From NCBI GenBank assembly GCA_036172245.1, contig JAYWIR010000039.1, positions 372,001-436,000 of the forward strand: a stretch of 64,000 bases of DNA. The letters are read 5' to 3'. Positions 25,901 to 40,900 of this stretch are shown here, piece after piece (within the stretch, counting starts at the first letter, position 1; each line of letters opens with the position of its first letter). The position numbers and the translations under genes are program-made. The notes under the pieces are model-generated. The model was not told where the DNA came from. It did no database searches and saw only the letters and a list, made by a program, of their open reading frames with translations. Source of the stretch: Raillietiella orientalis (Eukaryota).

Positions 25901-28900
25901 AGGTACTCGTATGAAATTTTCATCCGGGGCTTCCAAGCGTTTGAGAAGAAATTCGCAGTACTTTCTTCAGGACAAAACAGATTCTTTCAAGAAAAGTATC
26001 AAGGTAAATTCTCAGTGCAAAATAGTTTGATATTCGACAATAAAGGTTAACTTTTAATAAAGGTTTGGATAAAATTTGATGACTTCACTATCTGTGAGCC
26101 AAACTCGTAGTCCATTTATCTTAGTGGAATATTATATGAGATTCTAAGCATATTGTATGAGAATTTACTGAATTATTCGGATTCATGTTATCATACACTA
26201 TAAAAAATAATCATCATATGAATTATTAAAAATGAATGCACTAATACTACAATTTTTACTGCATGTCAGTGAATTAATCAGCAATGGATAATCTGGACCT
26301 GATATGATGAGAATTTCCCGAGTGAAATTACGAATACTAATAGCTTCTAAAGATATTTCTAAAAGATATTCCTTCTAAAAGGCGGTGAAAAAGAAAATCA
26401 TAATCAAAACAAAACAAACTAAATAATAATATATCAATGTTTTGGGGTTGCTTTTATAATTTCAATGAAATTTCAGATCTCAAATTCTGCAAAATACACT
26501 TTAATCAAAATGCAGCTTAAAGTATTGAGATCAATAATTTGGAATGGTACTTACCTCAAGGAACGACTGCATCGTGGACGGAGCCACATTATATCTGCAC
26601 ATGAGTTTTCCATAAAATGTAGATTTGAGTTCGAATCCGTCTTCGTCCATCTCAATCAGCTTTGCACGGGCAAGCTCATTGATCGACTTTATGCACATTT
26701 CTTCGACAAGAAATAAGAAAGAAAGAAATACATCTTTTCACTGTGTTCCAATCAATATTTTATGTGTCACATAAATTACTGAATCTAAATAGCTTAAGGA
26801 TATTTACTTTTTGAGTACGAGAAAGGAAAAAAGACTGTGCTCTAACAAGGTTTTATTTCCTTTTTCACAATTCACCTTGGAAGTTATGAAATAATCAAAT
26901 CGCGATGCGGTTTTGGTATACAGGAATGCAAATTGCATATTCATATTCATGAAAATAGAAACTTGCAGCATTCTCAGTGAGGACCGACCCCCCAATGTGA
27001 TCAGTTTTAACATTTCAATCAGTCATTTAGTAGTCACTCCACCATAGAAAGAAGAAAAGCACTGTAAACACAAATGCGAGCACAAAGTACTCGTATTATT
27101 TCTTTCTCCGTCCTGTTTTGTTTTCTTTGCTAAATTCTTCTATGTAATTCGATAACTATTGAACACACTGTGATCCAAATCCAGTGCTCTGCATCCAGGA
27201 AACATGCCAGTATCCATAGATTTCATGGACTCACAGGTTTATTTATTTGGAGGTTATTCTAGAAGCATATTCTTTTTGGAATCCCCTTCGCAAAATTCAT
27301 GCTCCACACGACCCAATTTGAATGTAGCATTCCTCATTTGGTTCTGTGATGTGTTCATAAACTTTCACCTCTTCCTTTCCTGAGTGAGTGAGGAGATTAT
27401 CGAAACTTTTAACGATCGATGCGCAAGTTGTAGATGTTTCAACGTCTTTGGCAACTTCATGTTCCTACAGTTCCTTCCATGTTCACTTTGATCTTAGCGA
27501 AAAGGCCGAGAAGCGGTTCACGTCCCTGCAGGTAAGGAGAGTTTAGGCACTTATTTTTTTTTGCTCTCCTGAGTTTCATGCTGATGGTTGCATTTCGTCT
27601 TCCATCGAAATGTATCAAACAAGAGTAAAATGGCTCACTACGGAAGGCAGTCAACATAATTCAATTACTGTGTTGATTTCATTAACAGTTACTGACACTA
27701 AACTTGTTTCTTCCTTTTTTTCCTCTGCTTGTTATTTTTTCGTTAAAATCAACAGAAAAGTTCGTCGATAGGTTCTCATTCTTTTCATCTTATCATCCAA
27801 TTGTCGTTTCCTCCTATCATGTAATGATAGCTAATGATATCTAATGTCTTCACTTTTCGAGGCTCTTACATTTTTTAAAAGAAAACTATTAAAGCCCTTA
27901 TCGTGCATTAGGAAACCAGCAGAAAGGGAAAATTGAGAAATTCTCTCTTTTCTAGTTTTTGGGTAAAATTTCTTTATTTATGACAGTTTTTGGAAAAACT
28001 TATTTGCTTTCTTTTCGGGCAATTCAGCTATTTCTTTTTTTATTCCCTTCAACGGGCTTTACATCGACTATTCATAATGTTACCACTTATGAGTAATCTC
28101 AACGCATGCAGTTGACACCGATTTCAAGACACCGCTTCTTTTGACATTATTTATTTCACACATACTTTTTTTAATGTTACTTTTCCATTAAGCGTGCTGC
28201 TATCTTTTACTGTATGAAGTTTCCTAACGGATGTTCTTTAAGTGAGGAAATCATTCAAAACAAGACGTTGCTCCCAGTATACTTTTTCCTTTTCTTCTTA
28301 TTCGTATAAGTATTCAAAGGCAACTCGCAGCTTCCGAGTACTTGTGCCCAGTTGCATTCAGGGCACGCACGCAAATCTGATCCAGGTTACAGGGACTGCG
28401 GCGTGAAATTTCAATTTCGTCGTCATGAATACGAATTAATACGGTGTCTCTACTCATTTTAATTATTTGTGGATAATGCATTTGCAAACCAATGCTTGAA
28501 GTAAATTTGAAGCAAAAGACAGAATAACCATTCTTATTATTTCAAAAATTAATACTGGGATGCTGGAAAAGTAGTATCAGTATGAACTACACAAAGCAGT
28601 TTTGATCTAGCCATTCAGGTTCATATTTACTTGAGCGCAAATTTCAAAGAAACAGAAAATGGAATACTAGAAAATTATACATTTGCGAACTTTGATTGGG
28701 ACATGGAATTTTTCAGCTGGAAGATCCCATGAATACTTGTGGAATATTTCAGCCTGTGCACTCTACGGTCCCCCCAAAAGATTTAGAAACATTAAACTAA
28801 CGAAATTCATAGTAAACCATGAATAAATCAAATATCATTGTACTAGAGAATGAAGTTTACATAGAGTCTATTAGAACTTGACGAGTCCAGCAGATCTTCG

Positions 28901-31900
28901 AACAGTGCTAACGTTTCCAAAAACTGAAAGAGGAAACCGCTTAATGCCAGAGATGGAGGTCTCAACGTTGAAAACGTAACGATCAGCCAAAAGAAACCTA
29001 TTGAGATTAGATGAAAAAAGAAGCAACCAAACCAAATATCCACAGACGCAATGAAGTCAGCAACCAAGAAATGAAATTATAAGAGAGTTTGCTGGAAAAA
29101 CGCATGGAAAAATTCTCCTCTTTTCTGCTCTTTCTCAGTCATCTACAAAGCTAACACGAAATGACATGGCGTTAGAGATCTTCCCAAGTAAACTGTTTGC
29201 AAGATGGAAGGTTTTGAAAAGGAAGAGCAGAATTAAACAAAGGTCGCAGTGCTCTAATGTCGAAATGAGGAAGCAATGAACCAGAATTTCAAAGTATGAA
29301 GAAAACCGCACGAACATGGGAAAACGAGAGACAAGTGTACAAGGGAATTCAAGCTAGATTTCAAATCGATCCAGGTGTATTCAAGTGAATAAAGTGGAAC
29401 TTGGAATACGTTCCGTTCAACAGACACACATTCTTTAAAGTCAATTAACGAACCTGACTTTCATAGCCGGAAATATACAAAGAGAAACGTTGTCAAGTCA
29501 CTGATAATTAACTGTAAATAGTCCCTATGCTAATCTGTGAATAATCTACAGCAGGTGATATTTCGTATGAATGTCAATTAACAAAGAAAAATGCAGCAAA
29601 GGTCACGAAACATTCCTGAACTTTATGGTGTCATTTTGATGTATTTGCAGACAGCGATGTCCACAAGAAGACTCAAATAGACAACTCACAAGATATGATC
29701 ACAAAGTGTTTTGATTCTTTACAGATATCCCAATTCAGGGTGCAGACATCATTTCAATAGCTCCATTCATAATTCACTACATTTAGAAAAAATGAAATCC
29801 TAAACGACAAACTGGTAAATACAGGAGTATCTGGAAGCAAACCGTCGCAATCGAGGAACATTGCAGGATCCTTCTGGCTCTTAAAGTGTTTGTCTCGCTG
29901 TAACAGCATTGCTGCATTAAGAGATACGATGAATGAGAATCCAAACTTGTTCTTACTTTATTTTGTTCACAAGCTCAAATGCAGGGCTTAGTGCTTGGAA
30001 TTCTCAACACGGAATTATTTTGTGATAAGGCAAAATAAGCTTTGATATTTGGGGAAGCATTCAACCTCAACCTGACACAGGTATCATGCTTGAGTATGAA
30101 TCTAATTTGTAAGTTATTGACCAGTATAGATGCTTGATATGGATGCAGAATGAGTGCGATTATGTGCATCATTGGAGTAACCTCCTGTGACCTGATAAAC
30201 AACGAGCCTTAGGCTCCATTTCTCCTCTAAGCCTCGGCAGCTAAAGCCAAAGCTGAAGTACCGACAATCAATGAGCGCGATCCTCTTTCACGAGCTTTGA
30301 GGAACAAATTTATGTGCAAGCACTACATGTACAAACTATAAAATTCTATTTGATAGTTGCGGAGCCCATCTGACACGTATACTAACGCAATTTCTTGACT
30401 GGGTCAGGAAATCGCGATACTGTATCCATATTTCTGCAAAGCTATGATTCTTGTTTGACCTGTCCTTGAAGAAAGATTTCATTTTAGAAAGACCACTTAT
30501 AGTTAAGGCGGTCACAATTTCTATTCCGAGATTAGTTCTGGGCTTAAACGATTAAGAACGAAATTAAGTAAACGGAAATGAGCTCCTAGCTTGTATGCTT
30601 TTATCGGAAGAGTGCGAAAACAGAATAGATTTCTAAGATTACTTGAATGCGAATGCATGCAGGTGATACATAATTTATTGGCTATTCGGTGTATTGCATA
30701 GAAGATAATGCATCACCGAAAACTCAATGGAGTCGACAAAGTCGTAGTTTCGGAAGTCGGATGGATCTCGTAATTTGCAAGTTAGAAGACAAGATCACCA
30801 TGCAAACTGTGAATCTGATGAAATAGCCTAGTTGAGGAAATGCTCTTGCCGTCTACTGGAGAGTAGATTTGTGAAAGAATTCTCACACTTTCAACTCGGA
30901 TATCTCACTTTTTTATTTTGCGTTCAGTTGGGAACTAATACTGATGGCAGTTGTAGAAAAGATGAAATTATTATATCAGGTTCACCACATGAAATTCGAT
31001 GTGTCACTCGTACCAGAAGGAAACTTGGGCACTTTGCGGACTTTAATTTATTCATTAATTACGTAATTAATCATTCTGCTTCGTTTCAGGATCAGCCTTC
31101 TTTTAGCATCCTTATGTATATATATATTTTTTAAACTCTGCACCCAAGTTTATATAGGAACTAGCATAAGAAATCCTTGTGGCGTGGAATATATTTTGAC
31201 GAAGTTGCAAATAGTTTACGTTTCTCTCCAGTTTTGGTCTGATATTTGTATACTGCTTTATTAGAGGATGATATTGAAGAGCAGACATTAGTTCTAATGC
31301 TGTTTCTTAGAAAGCCTCCCCCAAACTGCCTTCACTCAGAGCTGAAACTTGCAGTTTTTCTCTTTTACTAAATTAGAACTATGCTACTACGCTTTTACTG
31401 TTCTGTGACTCTCTTCCTTATGAAAGCGCCATTTTCGAAGAATGATTTCTCCTTTGAATTTTCTTTGACAGCGCTCCTCTTGAGTTCCTTATTGAATTGC
31501 ATCTCTTTCTCTTTCTCCCCCTCTTTTTTTATTTTCATACACGAACAAACGACTGGCATAGCAGCTACATTCGAGACATCAAACTGGTCTTGAATTTAGA
31601 CAGCTTTAGACGATAAAATCTCGGTGTATGTTTGCAGACACCGAGATTGGGCATCACTCTAATGAATCGATACGTACTCTTACAGCGCTTAAGTCAAACG
31701 TAGTAGATTTCTGAATTCTCCGTACGATTTCAAATATCACCAAAGAATCACTTTGTTTACATGCTTTAATATCCATTTAAGGATAGGTGCTCACTTACTG
31801 ACGCGTTCAATCATTTCTCTGTGAAAGCGAAAAATTAACATACCTTGTACGTGTTTATCAAAATCTTCTGCTTTGTTTGCAATGACTGCATAGTATTTAG

Positions 31901-34900
31901 GATTCTTTTTCATTCTAACGTAAAGAAATGTTGAATGTAACCAACTGATTGCTACCGGTATGTTGGGCACGACCCCAAGTACAATTTCTGCGTTTAGATG
32001 CTCCGTCAGTTTCTTGTGTAAATTACTTTCTATTAATTGTTGGCCGTCGAGGAGTTTTTCGTATCTCATCTGCAAAAAATTGCAGAGAAAATATGTGGTC
32101 ATTAGAATCATCATACAAACAAACATTGCAGCAGTAACTTCCCGATTTGCAATCAGTATAATTAACGAAAGTCAATTAAATCATTTTCTTAGTCTTGTCA
32201 GTTTCTCGGGCAAGCAATACCCAGTGAAACGGCAAGGAGAAAACAGAATCAATTTTGATGATCAGTTTTGAAAAAGTTTCAACCGGATTCCCATTTTCAG
32301 ATTTTCGTGATGCTTTTTATTTTGCTTCTCACAAATTGAAAACGCAAGTAAGCGTAAGCTGCTCATCATCATATGCTTCAACGGGAACATACTTTAAAAT
32401 TCTGCTTGGTCATTATCACCGCGACTCCATTCACGTCGTACTGGGGTCTTCCGGCTCTGCCTATCATTTGCAGCAGCTGAGTTTCAGAGTACTCTTGAGA
32501 AGTGCCACATAGGTGGTGGTGAGTCGACTTTACTATCACTAGATGTGCGGGTAAATTAACCCCCATTGCTTGTTACAGAATTTGAAATTTCAACTGGTGC
32601 AGGCTGTGTTTCTTACAAAGAGTGCTCGTGGACACTAAAATAGGAAGCAAGCCTTGGCAAAATATGCTCTCTAGTAATTTTCTATCCCCGCTGTCCAAAC
32701 CTGCGTGGTGGAAACCAACTCCCAGACGAACAGTTTCTGCGTGATCAACGATCAGTTTTGAATCCATAAAAGTTTTCGGTTACCTCTAAGCTTAAAATCA
32801 CGTATCAGATTAGCTGCATCCATCAATTTCATCTTATTGCTTCGGGTTAATTCAGATTTGCTCTCTTTAATCAATATTTCTGCAGTTTGTTGAGTTATTC
32901 TTCGGGAGGAGCAGAATATCTTTTCGATTTTGTGGGTTATCATATGAACCTGGAACACGACAGCTTACAAGAGTAGGCTTGGAGTCCGAGTACATGTCGA
33001 TGATATGACGTAATTTGTAACTTAATGCCATATCAAATTTGTAGTTGCTCTGTCCTTCTTTCCAGGGAAAGCCAAGAACTATTTTGCGCAATTTCACTGG
33101 ACGAAATTCTTCCCCAAATCTAAACAAACAAATGGAGAGTAATTTGCCGTAACATCTTGTTTGTACACATGAGAGAATGCGTACAGAAAAGTGATACAGT
33201 TAAACGCAGAGCATGCTATGCGTGCATTACGGTAAAGCTTGTTGTATGATATGATATTCAGAATTCCAGAGAGGAGTATCTGCATCTAGTCTACTTTTTT
33301 GGATCCCGCAAGATGGCTATATCAAAATTAGTGACAAAGAAAAAAAATGTATAGGACTTTTCAAAATTCACTCGGCATTCGTGAACAATCAATCAATTAT
33401 TTTTGTAGCTATTAGAAGAGTTCTAAGCAAATATTCATTTTGGTTTTGCTCTATCGGTACAATTTGAAACACACTATGAGAACAAAATGCAGATCAGCCA
33501 TTAATATTTTGATGAAAGAATTGATGTTTTAAAAGTTCTCTCAGCGTTGTCGCAATACGGGATGTGTACCACTTTAAAAAAAAAAAAATTAAGCCCTAAA
33601 ATACCTGAATCTCGAAACGAACAAAATATATCGTCCAACTAGAGACGGTGATTTTTTTTAAATGACAACTTAGTTTAGATAAGTTACTTTAATTTATTCC
33701 TAGTTCATCTGTCACTGATTTTCCACATTTTAAATCACAACCTCTTTTTTATCAAGCTCTTATTGTATTTTCCAATTACATCTATGTTTAAGTAGACTGA
33801 CGTAAACAAATTTCCAAATGTTAATGCAATTCAAATTATGAGTAATTTAAATCCAATCCTTTGTAAAAGAATTTCAAAAAAATTCTGCGAGACTCCTCAG
33901 CACTCATCAAATAAATTCTTTGTTTAATAACTGATTCTTATCCTTAGGTTTCGGATTCACCTAAAACGTCAATCAATCATCATCGACAGTGGAAAGCATA
34001 CTCAGTAACCGCGGCGATAAAATCATCGGTTCAAAGCAGAAAATGGAGATGATCGAGCAATCCAATCAATTCTATAATAGTACCACATAATACTTCCAAT
34101 GATTACTAGAGCGTTCAAACTGCACGTGGCCTTCCGAACAACGGTGCATTGCAAGGGTCATCTCATGTCTCGCATCCGGAAGAGCTAAACAAATCAGAGA
34201 TTTCACCCAGTTATTAGCTGCGGCTGTCCACGAACCAAAAGTATTCGTGGAGAAAAACTGCACGTAAAATACTGCACTGTGATTACAAATTGGTTGATTA
34301 GAGACTGTTTTTTTTTATCACGAATATGATTTTTCTAAAAGAGTGCTCGAAAAGTGATAAGAGTCCATAGATGTGTCGTTACAAGTATTTAGAGCAAGCA
34401 GAGGGGGGACCATACTTACAGATTAGGCGTTCAACGTTTATATGAAGAGCCTTCCCCATGGCTTTATTGTCCACTATTATCTTTACTCACATACTTGATC
34501 CTACCTTAGAAACACTCATTTTTTTCAACTTCTGTCTCTAAAGCTGACAATTGCCGTGTTGCAATCAAGGAATATCAACGTTAATCCAATATTCATCTTT
34601 AACCGCAACTGCTAGCACACAATTGGCAAGAATTGTCAAGAATCCCTGATCCAGATCATCTTCATAATCAAAGACGAATGCCACCAATTCCAATACATCT
34701 TCAAAAATTTATGTGTGACACGTAAAATAAAGCAAACGACAAGTCGTGCGTAAAAAATGCTGCCAACAGCCAGAGCACAGTTAACTTATAATTTGATGCA
34801 TACATTTCTAAAATAATGGAAAACAGCATTGTATACGAAGAGTTTTTTTGAGTTTAATTATGGTTGTCGTTTATTATTCAGATGTTTACATTTCCAATTC

Positions 34901-37900
34901 ATGGAACTTGCAGTCTGGAAGCTGAAAGCGATGTGAGTTCATCGTAATGCTTTCACAGACTCGTTAACACTTATTTATTAACATTGATTTTCTATACCCA
35001 GTAAAGATCTAACCATTAAGTACTGCACTGACTGATGATCTTTTAAATGAGCTCCCAAAAGCCTATTCACAACGTGTCGAAAATCTGGCTTGTTAGAAGA
35101 AAGTTCGAGATCCGCTAGAATTAAACGATAAGAATTCAATTCTATGAAAGCGTTTCATTCTTCTACGCTTATCACCTTCTAGTAATTCTTCAGTTCAGAT
35201 TGAAATAATCTGCTGCTTAGGATAGGGAACGCAAAAACATTAACACGTCTTTGAGAAATGCGGTGTTTATTTATTTACTTCATAAATGATCAGCTCAGAA
35301 TAAAGTTGGTTCTTCAAGAAGGGAAGGCAGCTCCAGAGCACTCCAAATCGGCTTCAAAAAAACCAAAGTTTTGTTTGGTTTCAACTTGGAAATATTAATT
35401 TTTTCTTCTACCTAGTGAGAATCTATCCCAGTAGAAGCTAATTTTTCCACAGGGGAGTTCCGCCTTAAAGACGTACGGGAGTCCAGGAATTCTGCCTTTC
35501 GGCCCAACGAACTCATTGTGCTTGCTAATCAGGTCTTGTTTTAGAAACAGATAAGAAAGACTAGAACCCACGAGAACAGTATGTATTCTAAACACTTTTT
35601 TGTGTCATAATGCTAAAAGATTACATCTCATTCTATACCAATATAAACTTATCACTTCGCTTTACATTTGTCACAAACTTCCATGCCAACGCTTCACATG
35701 TTCACATACCGCTCACACGTACATACGTTCGAGTCTTTTGCTACAGACATTTGTTAGGTGTTCGTTTCGTTTGGGAAACACGCCAAGGAATCAGTTCAAA
35801 TCTCGCGTTCATAGGAACTCAGATTAAAAAAAAAAAAAAAGAGCGTTTCCCAATGCAGACTTTTACAAAAGACATGGCAGTTACGATCGACATCTTTAAA
35901 ATGAACTGAAATTATCGATTCTGGTTACAAAGAAGAGAATTTCCATCCTGTTTGGTTCTATTTGATGATGATTAGTCAGTTTAAATTGTCAAATCCGAAG
36001 AAAGAAAAAAAAAAAGTTCCGAAGAAAGCACGGCGTTGGATGATTTGAACTCAGCAAATAATAAGCATAATTATTAAAATGAACTTCAATCAATCATCAA
36101 CGACATACTTTTCTATTGCCACATCCAAGGCATTCGTCTTCAACCATTCACCAAGATCTTCGATATTTGGAATAGTAGCCGAAGCAGCAACAAATCTGAT
36201 GTTTTTTCTGCTGTGGCCGTTATCACAATACAGTTTCATTCTCGTAATTAATGCCTCCAATACTGGACCTCTCTGTTCATCATTTAACAAGTGGATCTAA
36301 AACACAATTAGTAGCGACAAATGTTGCAATTGCTTCCAATTAGAAAATTCCTAAATGTAACTATAAATTATGCCACATTAGCAAGCGAGGAACAAATGAA
36401 TTTTCTTAAAAAAAAAAACGAGAATGCGAAAATCCAATTAGTATATAATTAAAGACACCCACAAAATCAAAATCTCATTAATAATCGAAAAATAATTAAA
36501 TAATTGTTTGATTTGATTTCATATTCATAGTTTTCATTGATTTCATTTCGGTTATAACAGTTACCTCATCTATCATTAATAAGTCTATTTGTAATTCTAT
36601 TTTGTAATATCTAATTATGAGATCCAGTTTCTCGGGAGTTGTTAGGACAATCTGAGAACTCATCAATTCAGCATACTCGTTATCTTCCGTATCTCCAGTT
36701 ATTTCGACAGAGCGTAAGTTTAAAGGTGAGAACTTTTTCTGCCAGTCCAGACATCGTTCGGTGCACAACGCTTTCATGGGGGCCACTTAAACATATATCT
36801 AATATGGATTAAATCTTTTTCGAAAATGGAAAGAAAAAAAAAACATTCCAGTAAATATTCAATATTTCTCTGCAAACATGAGCTTGAGATTTAGATTCAG
36901 CAAAACATCATTTCCACGTTTTTTTCTACATTATGAACAAGAAAATAAACAGAATACTCATTTTCATCGTCTTAAAGAATGAATGTTAGGGCTCTTAAGG
37001 GAACGGTAACCCTCATCCAGTTTTGCACGAAAATAAGGCATGGCTTTTTGGTACTTTTGAAACGCATGGTTCGCACCCGAATAGAGATCTTGTGGCAAAA
37101 AATCAAATTCCACACTTCGCAAACCAAAACATAATTGCAGCTGAATAAAAACAGTAACATAACCGAGATAAAGTGACCATAGCATCGTGTTACACGAATA
37201 AGAAACGAATATCAGAAATAAGAATATGTCGTCAATTCTTCGCATTCTTCTCTGTTTACTGATATACTTTTTTTTCTTCCTCTTGCATAGATTCGAAACA
37301 GGGAAGATTTAGGCGTTTCATCCCAGGCTAAAATGGATCTAATTTTCAAATCGAGATATAGAACACATTTTAAACCGAGCAGGAAGTACAATAAGGGATC
37401 CCGTATCTTTTGGATTTTCGGTGAATTATTCCAACACGAACCTAAAGTGTTACTTCCAGCAAATGGCAACGGGCTCGAATTCGTTTGATTCATAGCTGGT
37501 CTGGTTAGTTGGTGAAGGGAAAAATGTGAAATGTGAAGAAAAACGGATTGAACTTCCGAGCTGACGCAGGGATAGAATATGTATCTACGTGTATATAACT
37601 CATCGAGGGTAAAGTGGATTTCTGAACTTGGCCTGAACTCTTAATGAAATTCGGATAACCGACTTTTGTAGGGTTCTGCCAGTGATCCTGGGATTTCGTT
37701 GTAGGGAGGTTCAGGAGGGAGGACTGACGCTCGAACGAACACCAAAAGGAAGAGGTTAGCTGATGGGCAACTCGTCACCGAAGAAAGCGCTTTCGTTTCC
37801 ACCTCTCAATGAGCTCAACGTGAAGAGTGACCCGAAGAGTGAAACGACTAAGTGAAGAGCAGGAACAAAGCGTTTTACATCCAGTGGAAACTATGTGTTA

Positions 37901-40900
37901 CAAACAGCTCATGCCGTTCCGGTCACAAGCCTGGCGTGTGACTCCGAATGTGATCTAATTGCTCGGATTGTGGGACCTCCGTAGCAACAAAGTTCAACGT
38001 GTGCTAAACTGTTGAAAAACTGTCGTCTGCAGAAGACTACCGAGCCGAATAGCTCTTAAGCAACTATACCAAAGTATAAAAAGTCGTCAAAGTATAAAAA
38101 GAAAAAGGAGATTTTTTGAAGAGGTAAAAAGGAGAGTCAAATATCAATCAAAAAAATGAACATAGGGAAGCACTCTGGTACCATGTTTGCTCGTCTGTGG
38201 ATATTTTCCTTTGTATTAGTTTATGTGCCTGGTGCTGCGATGAATCACCTTCGAAATCCACTCACATTCGAAAAATTGAATCATCTCAAGTATGGAGACC
38301 AAATCAGAAAAGAAAGGAATACAAATGTCAAAAATCGATAAAGACGGTATCTAAAGTTCGTGCATATTCTTTGAATCATTTAGTAGAAAAACCTTTTTCA
38401 ATCAAAACTCGGCAAGCAAGGATAACCGAAGCTCCAAAAGAATGCGTGAGAGGCAAAAACTAAAACTGAAATCCCAGGAGAGATGTGAGATAAGATCACA
38501 GGTTGCTGAAATTAAGGAGGGTATCATATATCTAACAAAACCAAGCGATGGAAAGCATTTATCTTTCGGTTGAGAGGGAAGTCCGTAGACTTGAAGATAA
38601 CAATGCAGGACCATGGAAAAGGCGGAAAATTTCACCGTTAGATCAAAGATAGCACGAGCCCCCGAATCAAAGCATGGAAAAGCGCGGCGTCCATACCACT
38701 CATATTTACCATAAACAGCTTTCACATTCCTCACGTTTGACGGTGGTAGGGACATCAGCAAGCGGACCACGGCCAACTCAAAAATGACTGTCTTTCCTGA
38801 TCCTGTTGGGGAGGAGACAATCACTGAATCATTTCCATTAATCATTTTATCAAACATCTCGGATTGCATCTTATTGAAATGTTGGAATGGGAAAACAGTT
38901 TGGAATCTGTCCGCTGTCTTTGTATAAGAAACAAACGAAATTCACAATGGCATATGTTGAAAGATATGAAAGTGATACAATTATTACTGCTCAACAAAAA
39001 TCTCAGGCAGAGGGAGAATTGAATAACGTGGGTGGAGGACAACCTCTGCCTGAGAAAAATATTAAAAGACTTTCAGTGATTATGGACATATTACGCAAAC
39101 ACAGGCAAACACTTCGTTGCAAAGGAGGAGTATTAGCCCATCCCGAAGATATATGAAGGTTCAAACAAATAAAGGATACGAAGTTCTGCTGGAGAGCGAG
39201 TAACGACTTTTTCTGTAAATGGCTTCGCGCCCGTTTTAAATGCGGATAGTTCCCTTTTATTGTGTGCATCTTGGATGTGAAGACTTGGATCAAAATCACA
39301 GTAATCAGTTTTGGAAATTGCATCCGTACTCTGAATACAAATAAATAGATGGAATGCACTTTTCCGTATGAAATTAATGCTTGCGTTACCCTGTTTCCAG
39401 TATAATAGTTTGTTTCCCGGATATCTGAGATTTTCTGAGAATCGAAAATTTCTTCATCACAACGGACGACATTTCCTACAGCATCCGAAAGAGAATCATG
39501 TGCGAGGCTGTTAGCAAAATAGTCTTCAGGAGCCAAGATACTTGTTTCCTTATTGTGTTTCTGTTCCGCGATGTGATCATCATAGATGATTGAAGAGTAG
39601 GCCTTGACAGTTTCATCAGTAGTCGATATTTTTGGGTAGACAAAACTTTGGGATCGAGTTTGTAACTCGTTAAGTTCATGATCCTCAATCAGCTCTCCTT
39701 TTCTTCCATCCTGAAGATTTTTGTTGGGAAACCATCCAGGTAACAGTCTCTTCTCGTTTTCCATGCCAGTTCCTGGAGTAGAAAGCGAGGTATTGCTCAT
39801 TTGTTTGGCTTCAAGATGCGACAGGTACTGTTTCTTGGGATCTGTTTCACAATTCCTAGGGATACGAACACGGAAGTTAAATGCATGAAATTTCTACATC
39901 AAAAAAAAAAAAAGAATCGAAAGACTATAAGTTATTAATTATAGAATTGATTGGTTGGAATTGATTTATTTCTGACAAATCGATGTGAGTTTTCATTAGC
40001 GTTTACACTAAATGAAAAAAAAAAAAAAATTTCATATCGAGAGAACAAAATTACTAAATAATTGTACTTCTTGATTGCTCTTTAGTAGGAAAAAAGATTT
40101 ACCCTTCTTGGAGAAAATTACAAATATGTTTTCTTTTTTAATGCGTATAGTTAAATTGCTTTCATAAAAGCACGTGAGTGACAGTTGTTTAATTTAAAGC
40201 TTTATCATAGCTTTTTCGTGACGACAAGTGTGCTGTTGCAAGAGACACGAAATGTTTCCCTTTTCTTACAAAAGGAGTCTTTAATGGAAAATACGTTCTT
40301 ACAAGACTTTCCCATTTAATTGACACGACATCCGTCATTACAAATTGTTTTGAACAACCTGCAGAAGCGAGTTTTTGGTTCTAAGCTGAATTTGCCTTTT
40401 CTGGTAGATGTTCCGAATTTTTTATACCTTTCTACAATATTAGTTGCCAGTCAAATCATTCAGCAATCAGCCGAAGCAGAGAATTCTTACCATGCCATCA
40501 AGGGGTCTGGTACGACCTGACGCTGTTGGGACATCTTTCCATTTTCAATGTGTGAACGAAAGATGGGCTTAGAGTATAGCCAAGATGAGGGGAACTCTGA
40601 AATCTCCAAATTTATGTTCCATTCATTTGGAGTTCTCGAGTGCCCAATGGAATTTCCATGTTCAGCCTTCGTTTCGAATTCTTCGTCTCTTACATAAAAG
40701 GAATTTTCATCAATATTTAATCGGTGTGACACTGCGAATGAAAGAAGTTAAAGAAGAGTGAAGAATTGTAAAGAGCGAGATTTGTTTTGCGGAGACAAAT
40801 TCGAGATTCGAGAAACGCCGATCGCTTGAGAAAATGTGCCCGTGTCTCCACTCCTCTCCACTTGTCCACCAGACTAATCTAGTTTGCTGTATGAAAACGT

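Noticed and set aside
26555..26600. Suspected frameshift in an HFM1 exon
   Set aside because: On re-reading, the frame is intact ([14 protein letters not shown]).
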